Source of the DNA: Epithemia pelagica
Lineage: Eukaryota; Protista; Bacillariophyta
DNA: 64,000 nt
Assembly: GCA_946965045.2 (NCBI GenBank)
Contig: OX337236.1
Location: 3,100,001 to 3,164,000 of the forward strand
Direction: 5' to 3'
Shown: positions 1 through 9,865 of the stretch, in pieces
Layout: every line of letters starts with the position of its first letter
Numbering within the stretch: the stretch's first letter is position 1
Position numbers and translations under genes: made by a program
Notes under the pieces: model-generated
The model's database searches: none
Told to the model about the DNA's origin: nothing
What the model saw: only the letters and a program-made list of their open reading frames with translations

Positions 1-207
1 ACCACAATTTTGGCGCAAGAGTCGCCGTGTGAGGAAACGCGCCAAATTTTGGGACGGACTGTTCACGAGGACTTGCCTCGGTGGCAAAACCAGGATGACG
101 CCAACAAGGATTCCACCACGAATACTCACTTTGAGTTGCAATGGATCAACACGTCGGAATTGGCCAAAAAGGATGGGGCTCTCACTTGTTGCAGTGTCTT
201 GCTCTAA
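1..207 (+). CDS. 3' end of a dimethylarginine dimethylaminohydrolase (DDAH)/amidinotransferase-family gene, truncated by the window edge
   Basis: Frame is open from base 1 and ends ELQWINTSELAKKDGALTCCSVLL*, matching the DDAH C-terminal SE..K.DG.LTC.S motif with the catalytic Cys. Confidence 0.7.
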   Translation, partial: TTILAQESPCEETRQILGRTVHEDLPRWQNQDDANKDSTTNTHFELQWINTSELAKKDGALTCCSVLL

Positions 208-2065
208 CTGCACGGTACTGTACGGAAGGAATCTGAATGCTCCAGGAAAGAGAGAACCAGCAGTCTCTTGTGTGTGTTTGTGCTTTCGACAAAGGGTTGG
301 TGCGCTCCGTGACGGTGTGGTTCTGTAGAATGATTGCCCTCTCTCATGACTCTACAACAACCACAAGAACAACAAGAACAAGGGAAAGGGTCCGTTCGTT
401 GCAATTCGCGCCAAGAGCACACAGTGTTGGGGCAGGCACCCGGGACAACACTAGAAGAGGGGTCGTTGGTATTTTCTTGTTTGGTGTGTGTGTGCTCCAA
501 CGCGCCAAACGAACGAGTCGAGGCGCTGGACCATGGTGGTCGAATGACAGAGAGTGGGTGGAAACGAACGAACCATCATCCCAGGCGACAAACTGCCAGA
601 GTACAGAGAGACGACATCCAGTGTCGGCGTTTATGGATGTGGGGGACCAAGATTCGAACTTTTGGAATCGGACGGGTTTCTGAGTGCATGATAGATTAGC
701 TACGAGTAAGAGTGACGATGAACAAAAGATTCTAACAGAAACGGTTCGCACAGACAGTGTGGCGATTATTGACAGTAGTGTTTGGAAGGCGTCTATGCGA
801 GTTCCTTATTATTAGTACAGACATTTTTGTGTAATCCATCGACCATAATGGATACCATGATGTGTCCCCGATACCCATCAATCCTGACACAACAGAAATA
901 GGTAATCATGGGACAAGCGCAATGTCATCTCCAAATTGTGCGCATCGACTGGCGCGTAGTCTTGGGCGCATTCCGTCCTTCTGGATCGGGACTGAGTGGG
1001 TCACGCTCGTCGGTCCCGGAAGTCTGGCACATACACTGTCTGTCTGTCTACGGATTACAAGTACATAGATGTCGATTTCCACCAACGGTCCTCCTTTGGT
1101 CGTGGGTGGTACAGTACTATCACGCCTGTGCATCACGACACGACTGAGGAGTCGCGCCTGCCGAGCCTTTCGGAGTAGGTGAGACGGGCGTGCGAGGCGA
1201 CCGATACCCAAAGAACAAAGGAAACAAGACGGTGTGTGGGAATCGGACGGACTGAAACGACTGACAGACGGACGGAGCGCGGAACAGGACGAGGATTACC
1301 TAGGAAGATTTGGTCGTGCTGCGGAGAGCGCATGCTTTGCTTCCTCCCCAAACGATCGAAGAGAGATGCGCAACAACAACAAACTACACAATAGAGAAGA
1401 CGAGCTTCATTGCATCCCACTGGTTCCTTCCGAAACGGGAAACAAACACACACATTCACACGATTGCGTTCATCATCGACTACACTAGATTGCTATTGTC
1501 CGCAAAACACGACGACGTTGGTTCCAACGCTTCCAAACGAGCGATTGTTGGTTCCTATACTTGCTTCCAGGAAGTGTGTGTGACGACGACACCAACGACA
1601 AACGCAGTGGGAACAGTGAAATAATAATTTGGTTTGGCGCACCGCAGGCTTTCCTGTTTGGCATACACATACACACACGCCCATACATTCCAACAGTCTT
1701 CTCGGAAAGACCTTCCAACCACTACAACGCCGTCCATTCCTCCTTTGGCGTGTTGTTGCAGTTTTGTTTCGTGGTTCGCTCTCTCTCAGGCACAAGTCTT
1801 CTTCTTCTTCTTCTTCTTCGAGAACCTTCTCTGTCGGTGATTGGCACAAGGTTGTTTGGAGTGGGAAAGGAAGAACGCTTGTCTGGAAAGGAATACGATT
1901 TGTTACATGACAACGTACTACTAGCAGCAGGAACATCTTTTGGTTTGGTGGTGGCGTTGTGTTTTGTTCCATGACAAGGTGCTACTAGCAGCAGTTGTGT
2001 CTACTCGTTCTTGTGTGTGTTTCTGTGTTATTTGTTCCTTGTGTGTGGCAGTCTATCCTCCTGCC

Positions 2066-5000
2066 ATGTCCTTTCCTCGACCACAAGCACCGGCTCAACG
2101 CAGTCATCGTCGCCACAAGAGTGGCGATCTTCATTTGATGCGATCGTCTCGACTGGCCCCCGTCACGGTCACTGATACACCCTTGACCATTATCGCACCC
2201 AATCCTTCCTCGACCACTAGTCGACGACGACGATCGCCGACCACAAGCACAACCAACAACAGTACCAACAACAATACCAACTCGACCAGTGTCCGACGAA
2301 GCAGTCAACAACGGAGACCGAGTTTGTCGGGCATCTCGCCCACTTCTGCTGTTTCTTCTTCAGCCTCTCCCTCCTCGTCGTCCATGTTGGTGGCCGCTGC
2401 TTTGCAAAAACACCAAGAACAATGGCGAAAATCTACCGTTGATGGCATGGCCGGACGTCGAAGACCCATGGCACCACCCGCCTATTCGGGTCGAGTGGAG
2501 AACAAACCATTGAATCGACCTCCATCGCCGTCTTCTCCCATTCCACTTGGGGAACCACAACAACAACAAACACCGCCGCGACAACGGCGACCGTCTCCGC
2601 CAACCACAACCACAACTTCATCGTCTTCTTCGTCGCCTCGATTGACACGAGCTCGATTGCAACGAAGTCACAGTTTCAATGCCTCCTCTACCAAGGGTCG
2701 CAATTGGCAAGACTTTGTTTCATTTACACCCCTCAGTCAGACTACGAGTCAACCACAAACACAAACACAGCAGGACCGTGGCGCCGATCGCAAGTTGGTT
2801 TCCGTCTATTCCGATTCGGATTTGGCCGCTGCTTCTTCCGCAGCCGCTGCTGCTGCAACCACTGCAGGTGCGGCTGCTACGGGCAGTGGCAGTACTCCAC
2901 AAAGTCATACCAGTCGAACGACCGGTGTCAGTAGTAGCAATGCCAGTAACAGCAGTGCGGGAAGCACTCACAGTAATAGTCAACCAGCCGTGACCCATGC
3001 CGCATCGGCACCACTACCACCATCCTTGCCACACTTGACCATGGATGCTGCCAACTCGTCGGAAGAACCTGCACGACGACCACGGTCGGCCACCGGAGGT
3101 GCCTTGGCGGCCCCCCGACCACGCAGTCGCAGTCGGACCCACACACCCAAACGGGGTGTCATGGGACTTGGTTCGTCCAGTCGGTCTCAAACACCCAATC
3201 CAAGTGCAAGTCGGAGTCGGAGTCATCATCATTCTTTGGAGGACAAAACCCCTTCCTCGGTTCCTCGGAGTAGTACCACACCCAGTCGAACTCGAACTCT
3301 CCAGGCTTCTTCTTCTTCGTCTGCAGTGCTGCGTCGACCTCGGAGTTCCACACCACCTCCATCACCGTCCCAGAATGCTTCTACTAACCAAGAGGAGCAG
3401 CAAGAGGAGCAACAAGAGGATGCCTATTACAATCACACCGAAACAGTTTGTGTGGACATGGATTCGGCCGTCGAAGTACAACCACGAGCCTTTCAAGAAC
3501 CTCTCCTTTCCACAACGACAACTGGCCCTTCGTTGTCATCGTCGTCGCCGCCTTGGATGACATGGTCCCAACAAACACGACAGCCAACCACTCCTCCTCC
3601 TCCTCCTTCGGGCCCAGTGCCCTTTTTGCAAGCCTTGGTTTCGGTAGAGATTCCACCCTATCTCTTGACCGATACCGGTGTTCATGTGGTATTGGTTTCG
3701 GCCAATGGCAAAACGCAACTCTTGCAATTGTCCATTTCCAAAGATAAGTTTACCATCAAACTCAAAAGCCCCGTCGCAGCAACAGTCACGACAGCGGCAT
3801 CGCCTGGTGCCACCTCGTCCAAACTGTCGAGTGCGGCCTCGGCGGCCACCAACCCTTCCACGGCACCCACTACCACCTCCTTGTCCTCGGCCGTTTTGGT
3901 CCGATCGATTGATGTGGGAGAAATGGATCGCATTCAACGGGGACAATCCACACAACAATTTGAAACGGCCAAAAAGAAACGCAACATGTTGGAATCCTCA
4001 CGATCCGAGTCGCAACGACGCATCAATGTCTTGTCCAATGAATCCAACAATACCTTTGAAACCATTTTTTCCAGTCCCAATCCAACCGTGGTCAATTCCA
4101 ACAACACCAATACTGGTGGTGGTGGTGCATCCTCCGTCTCGTCCGTCTCGTCGGGAACCCTCACGTCATCCTTGCCTTCAGCGTCCGCCTCATCGCTCAT
4201 GTCGGCGTCGGCTGCGGAAAGCAATGCGAGTAATCTCTTGTATTCCTTGGATCCGGATCGTTCCTTTTCCATTATTTTTCGCGGAGCGCAAACCTTGGAT
4301 TTAATGGCCATGCATCGACGAGCGCGCGATGATATTTGCAATGCCCTGGATTGTATCTTGACAGCCTATACCCAAGCCAAGGGCCGTGTGGCGGCCGATG
4401 TTCGATTGCTTCGCTTTGTCTGGCTCCATGTCGTGGATCGCGACCAACAAACTCAACAGTCCAATGCACTCATGAGTCGATGGACCTTGGGGGGCAGCAG
4501 CAACCACAACAACAACAATCACGCGTCTCAGAACAACAACAATCGGGACACGGAAACGGGAGAAGGCCATGTCAATGCCCAACAAATTGCCCGCGAAGTC
4601 TTTACGCAAATGAACTTTTTCATGAAACCCAAGGATGTGATTGCCAATTACGAAAAGTTTGGCAAAGTGATTGGATTGGATCGTCGACAACGTCGTCAGG
4701 GTTTGACCTTTGATCAATTGGCGGAATTCTTTCACTACATTCGACGAAATTCGTGGGTGGTCAAACCCGTCACGGCGCTGTGGAATGAATTGTTTGGAGA
4801 AGTCATGAACAATGGGAAACGACGAGAAACCGTCTCGGCCCAAACCTTTTTGGAAAAGTTTTTGCATCAAAAACAAGGGCAATTGGATGCCAACCTGTCG
4901 CAAGTCTATGATTTGTTTGCCGTGTTGCATACCATGGAAATTGCCCACAATACCAGTGCGGCCGCCACGACAACGACCACAACAATGGCGAGCAGTGGTA

Positions 5001-6763
5001 CAAGTAATAGTCACAGTGACCGGGCCAGCAGTCGTTCGGGAAAGCAAGTGGTGTACAATCGCATTACCAAGGATCAGTTTGAAGCCTATTTGCTGGCCAC
5101 GGAAAATGATGCCTTTGCTCCGGAAAAGGAACGTGTCGATTTGGCCACCATGAACAAGCCCCTTTCGGAATACTTTATCAACAGTTCGCACAATACCTAT
5201 CTGATTGGAGACCAGTACACCTCGCACAGCCGCGTCGAAATGTACTCGAATGCCTTGTATCGAGGATGTCGGTGTTTGGAATTGGATATTTGGGACGGAG
5301 GGAAATCACCCGGAGACAATACTCCCATTCCGGTCGTGTGGCACGGTCATACCATGACGACCAAGATTTTCTTTGTGGACATTATTCGAACCATTAAGGT
5401 GTTTCTCAACTTTCATCCCGATACCTTTCCCATTATATTGTCCTTTGAGAATCATTGCAGCTTGCCCTACCAGCAAGTCATGGCCAAACAATTGGAACGC
5501 ATCTTGGGTAGTGCCTTGTACATTCCCACCGAAGCCTCCTTGAATGGACCCCTACCATCACCCGCCAAGTTACGCGGTATGGTGGTGATTAAAGGACGGC
5601 GACCGGCCAACTGGGATACTGGACGAGATACGGAGACGGACTATGGTGATTCCGATGACGATTCCGATGATGAAGGAACCGGTACAGGTACTGGAGGAGG
5701 ACCGGGATCCACGACGGCACCTTCGGTATCGGAATCCACTACTACCAATACCACAACGACCACGACCACCACAACCTTTAGTCGTCGAGAAAAGAAGGCA
5801 CAGCAACGTCATGGCATTGCACCCGAACTGGCCCGCCTAACCTTGTTTCATGGGACCAAATTCAAAAAGTCCTGGCCCGATTCCATACGATCACCCAATC
5901 ACCATATGCATTCCTTTAGTGAAAACAAGGTTCGCAGTGCTGCGCGACGACAAGGTGCTTCCAGCAATCCCAACAATGCCGCAAACAGCAACAACCCGTA
6001 CGGTGGTGGACCTGCGTTAACGGCGACGTCACAACGTGATGAGTGGGTGGTGTACAATCAAACCCACATGAGTCGTACCTATCCCGGAGGATCACGAGTC
6101 GATTCCTCCAATTACAATCCCATTTCGGCATGGGCGTTGGGGTGTCAAATGGTGGCTCTCAACTTTCAAACCGAAGATGCCTTTTTGCGTTTGAACGATG
6201 GTCGCTTTCGCGAAAATGGCAACTGTGGATACGTCTTAAAGCCGTCCTCGTTGATGGTACCCAAGCATGAGTTAAAGTTGGGTGTCCCGGTGCGTCTGAA
6301 CATTCAAGTACTGAGTGGTTCGTGTCTTCCGAAACCCAAGGGTCGACGAACTGGCGATTGCATTGATCCCTACGTACGTTTGGCCGTCTACGATGTCAAT
6401 GCCGATGGACGCGAAGCCGTGTCGGACTATGCCACAAGTGTTGTTCGCTGCAACGGATTCTTTCCCGTCTTTGCGCGACACATGAGTCATTCCAGCATGG
6501 ACTCATCATCGGCCTTTGAATTTGTGGTGGAAACCTGGGCCGCCGCGATATTGCAAATGACCGTGTACGACAAGAGTGGCAAGAAAAAGACGGGTGGAGA
6601 AGGCGGTGAGTTTGTGGCCAGCTGTTCCATTCCCATTTCGTGTTTGCGACAGGGCATTCGCAGTGTGAAACTGTACGATGCCACCAATACACGAAGTGGG
6701 GCCTTTGACTTTGCCTCGTTGCTGTTGGACATTAATATGACCCAAGTGATTGCCGAGATTTAA
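2066..6763 (+). CDS. Phosphoinositide-specific phospholipase C (PH-like, EF-like, X, Y and C2 domains), about 1565 aa
   Basis: X box PLSEYFINSSHNTYLIGDQ...GCRCLELDIWDG...VWHGHTMT...FPIILSFENHC; Y box SRTYPGGSRVDSSNYNPISAWALGCQMVALNFQT...NGRFRENGNCGYVLKP; C2 domain IDPYVRLAV. First ATG at 2066; the ORF-track start at 1940 is not an ATG. Confidence 0.93.
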   Translation: MSFPRPQAPAQRSHRRHKSGDLHLMRSSRLAPVTVTDTPLTIIAPNPSSTTSRRRRSPTTSTTNNSTNNNTNSTSVRRSSQQRRPSLSGISPTSAVSSSASPSSSSMLVAAALQKHQEQWRKSTVDGMAGRRRPMAPPAYSGRVENKPLNRPPSPSSPIPLGEPQQQQTPPRQRRPSPPTTTTTSSSSSSPRLTRARLQRSHSFNASSTKGRNWQDFVSFTPLSQTTSQPQTQTQQDRGADRKLVSVYSDSDLAAASSAAAAAATTAGAAATGSGSTPQSHTSRTTGVSSSNASNSSAGSTHSNSQPAVTHAASAPLPPSLPHLTMDAANSSEEPARRPRSATGGALAAPRPRSRSRTHTPKRGVMGLGSSSRSQTPNPSASRSRSHHHSLEDKTPSSVPRSSTTPSRTRTLQASSSSSAVLRRPRSSTPPPSPSQNASTNQEEQQEEQQEDAYYNHTETVCVDMDSAVEVQPRAFQEPLLSTTTTGPSLSSSSPPWMTWSQQTRQPTTPPPPPSGPVPFLQALVSVEIPPYLLTDTGVHVVLVSANGKTQLLQLSISKDKFTIKLKSPVAATVTTAASPGATSSKLSSAASAATNPSTAPTTTSLSSAVLVRSIDVGEMDRIQRGQSTQQFETAKKKRNMLESSRSESQRRINVLSNESNNTFETIFSSPNPTVVNSNNTNTGGGGASSVSSVSSGTLTSSLPSASASSLMSASAAESNASNLLYSLDPDRSFSIIFRGAQTLDLMAMHRRARDDICNALDCILTAYTQAKGRVAADVRLLRFVWLHVVDRDQQTQQSNALMSRWTLGGSSNHNNNNHASQNNNNRDTETGEGHVNAQQIAREVFTQMNFFMKPKDVIANYEKFGKVIGLDRRQRRQGLTFDQLAEFFHYIRRNSWVVKPVTALWNELFGEVMNNGKRRETVSAQTFLEKFLHQKQGQLDANLSQVYDLFAVLHTMEIAHNTSAAATTTTTTMASSGTSNSHSDRASSRSGKQVVYNRITKDQFEAYLLATENDAFAPEKERVDLATMNKPLSEYFINSSHNTYLIGDQYTSHSRVEMYSNALYRGCRCLELDIWDGGKSPGDNTPIPVVWHGHTMTTKIFFVDIIRTIKVFLNFHPDTFPIILSFENHCSLPYQQVMAKQLERILGSALYIPTEASLNGPLPSPAKLRGMVVIKGRRPANWDTGRDTETDYGDSDDDSDDEGTGTGTGGGPGSTTAPSVSESTTTNTTTTTTTTTFSRREKKAQQRHGIAPELARLTLFHGTKFKKSWPDSIRSPNHHMHSFSENKVRSAARRQGASSNPNNAANSNNPYGGGPALTATSQRDEWVVYNQTHMSRTYPGGSRVDSSNYNPISAWALGCQMVALNFQTEDAFLRLNDGRFRENGNCGYVLKPSSLMVPKHELKLGVPVRLNIQVLSGSCLPKPKGRRTGDCIDPYVRLAVYDVNADGREAVSDYATSVVRCNGFFPVFARHMSHSSMDSSSAFEFVVETWAAAILQMTVYDKSGKKKTGGEGGEFVASCSIPISCLRQGIRSVKLYDATNTRSGAFDFASLLLDINMTQVIAEI

Positions 6764-6957
6764 CACCAGGCCCGAAACGACAAACGAATCGACAGAACAG
6801 GACGCTATAGTTGTATTGTAGAATCACAGGCACTACCAAACCTATACTACCTAGAAACAAGACTCTTGCAACAATCATGTCTCTAGGTTTGAGGTTCCAA
6901 AATCCAATACGTGATGATGATGATTTGCTTTTCTAACAGTACGAGTTATGTAGAGTC

Positions 6958-8900
6958 TTACAGTATGGCGGGTGTCGCTGCAGCTGCCGAGGAGGCTGGT
7001 GGTGGTTGATATTGTATTAATTCTTGTTCGGCCGCTGGTTGCGTGCTGGTGCTTGGCCCTTCTGGTGGTCCTTGCGATGGTGCTTGTGCTGGTTGTATCA
7101 AGAGTCCTTCATTCAAACTCTTTTCCAATTGTTTGCGTTTTTGTTTCTTGGCCTTGGCGCGTGTCTTTTTGCGTTGTTCGTATTTGCGATTTTCATCAAT
7201 CACGGCTTGTTGCAATTTGGAATCGCCCGTTCGGACATCGTGGGGATGCCGGACGACAAACGAAATGCAGTACAACGACAAGCAACCCAAGAGGGAAATG
7301 TACAAGCCCGGCAAGAGTCGGGGCCACAACAAATCCCAGGCCGAGGCATTCTCGTCTTCTTCGTCAATAAATTGATTGGATCGGTAGTACAAAAAAGTGG
7401 CCACCAATGGCATGGTTCCCCCAAACAGGGTCGAGGCGACATTGTGGCCAATCGCGACACCGGTAAAGGATAGGGTCGGATCGGCCATCCACAATTCCAC
7501 TTCCCAAGCGGCCATGGATCCTTGGACAAAGGATAAACAAAAGCCAAATTGCAATTGGGCAATCAAATAGCCAAACCAGGATTCGCCTTCAAACATGCCA
7601 AACATGGCCGGACAGGCGACAATGATTCCCGGTAACCCAATCCGGACCAAATCCATGCGATGGGGAAAGGAATCAGACAGTTTGCCCGCCAAAATGATAA
7701 AAAAGATTTGCATGCCGACGACAAAGAAATTGATCAAATCGGCTTCTTGTTCCTTCATAATTCCTCGCAATTCGGACAAATAGACGGGTGTCCACAAGAA
7801 GAGGACATAAAAGCTACTCGAGACGGCACTCAAGACACCAATCATACCCGCCAGTTGTCGTCGTCGAAAGGGACTGGACATGAGATCGACGACGGCGGGT
7901 CGATCGTGATGTTCGGATTCTCGAATCAATTGTTCGGTATCCTTTTGTTCCGATCGTTCCGACCACAATTTGGATTCTTCCGTATTGCTGACAATGTAAT
8001 AGAGGACGGGTGCGAGAACCAAGGAAAACAAAAAGGGGACCCGCCATCCCCAGGCATCGACTTGATCTTCACTCAAAATGGATCGTGTCGTGGTGGTCAC
8101 GGCCGAGGCCAACAAAAAGCCGCCGACCGACGAGGCATCGCAGACACTGCCCCGAAAGCCCCGGGTTCGACTGGAACTTTGTTCAATACTCAGGACATAG
8201 GAGCCGGCCAATTGGCCTCCGACACTCAAGCCTTGAGCCATGCGCAACAAGACGAGCAAAATGGGCGCGGCGACACCCCACGTGGCATAGGTGGGCAACA
8301 TGCCCATGAGAATACTGGGAACGGTAATTAACAAAATGGAAAAAACGAGAGCGTGTTTGCGTCCCACGAGACGATCTCCAATTTCTCCAAACAAAATGGC
8401 ACCGAGCGGTCTCATCAAAAAGGCCGCCAGGTAGACGCCAAAACTATTGATCAATTGCAATTCGGCACTGGATTTGGGAAAGAAACTGGCACCAATTTCG
8501 GGAGCCAACAAGCCGTAGACCGCAAAGTCGTACCTATGACATCCAGGGGACAAAAGGGAAAAGCCAAATTCATTCAAGGAGATTTATCGTGAGATCTGTG
8601 CTCCATGGCAACCACATCCATCCATTCATGCATCTCCCGAACGAACGAACGAACCAAGCAACGAACGTACCATTCATAAATGTTTCCACCCACACCACTG
8701 AGCAATCCCCAAATATTGTCATCGCCATGTTCGTTGGTGGAATTGGAATAAAAACTCAATTCTTCTTCCCGCATACTTCGTTGTGCCTCGGTCATGTTGT
8801 CCAAATCGTCATCCGGAGTCTGGCTCACGGCGGCGGCGGCACCAGGAGTTTGGGCCGTGGGTGCCGCCGCCAGTTCCGTGTTGTTGTTGGTGGTGCTCAT
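6958..8900 (-). CDS. MFS transporter, MHS/ProP-like family; exons 8900-8671 and 8533-6958, about 601 aa
   Basis: Splicing the GT..AG intron 8670-8534 restores NIYEWYDFAVYG. Also LRMAQGLSVGGQLAGS, WGWRVPF and many hydrophobic helices. Confidence 0.9.
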
Positions 8901-9865
8901 ACTACTCGAGAGAAAAACGTTGTTGTGTGTACGCGCCAGAGCCGGGAGGTCACTCCAATGTCCAGCACAATGGTACAGTGCTTGAGAAAGTGTAGATTGT
9001 GGAACAGGGCTTCCTCCAAAGAGAAAGTGATTCTAGTTAGGTAGGTAGTCTGTGTGCTTGAGGCTTGAGGAACCAATCACGCGACACTGACTGTCGTCCA
9101 GAACAAAAAGGAGATGAAAGTTGCGAACGAATCTATCAGAAAAAGAGACAGACCCGCACGTATACAGCAGTGTCAAGTAGTGTATTGCAGCAAGAATCCA
9201 ATGAACAACAACACGCTTCTTTCTCAAGAGGACACTCGTTGTCCATGGTCCATGTACCGTAGTATTCCGGAACCAAACAAAAGGAGAGAAGAGCGTGGTG
9301 ACTTTTGGGTGGTTCTCTCATCACGCCTGCATCGTCTCTGTTCCGAGCGGTGCCATTATTGCACGTGCTTCCAATACGAACAAATAGGTCTTACACTCCA
9401 CGCCAGGACCAAACGACCAAGAATACTTATACCAATCATTGTCTCGATACTTATGCCCTCCAAATTGGCGAGCACGGCCAAGGGTCGTCGAGACACACCC
9501 AATGCACTCTCGCACTGGCAACCCCAACGACCCATGTGCGATCTCAACGCGACCTACCAACCCCGACCGTTGTAGCGGGTCTGGCGCGCCAGCCGGCTGT
9601 CTTGTGGAACCACTAAAGTGCGTTGCGCACACAAAATTCTGTTTGCAAACGAGCAACACTCTTCGTCCTTGAATATGTGCGGCAAGAAACAATAACCGCA
9701 ACCTAGAGCAACAACAGCAAGACAAAAGAGCCTCTCGATCGGAAACAAACGTGGAGAGAGACAACTCTGTTGTTGGGAACACATCCCGTACCAATCCGCA
9801 CACACAACCAACAACAGCAGAATAGGTCTTGTAGTAGGAGTGCAACGTCCAGCTATAAGCCTGGA

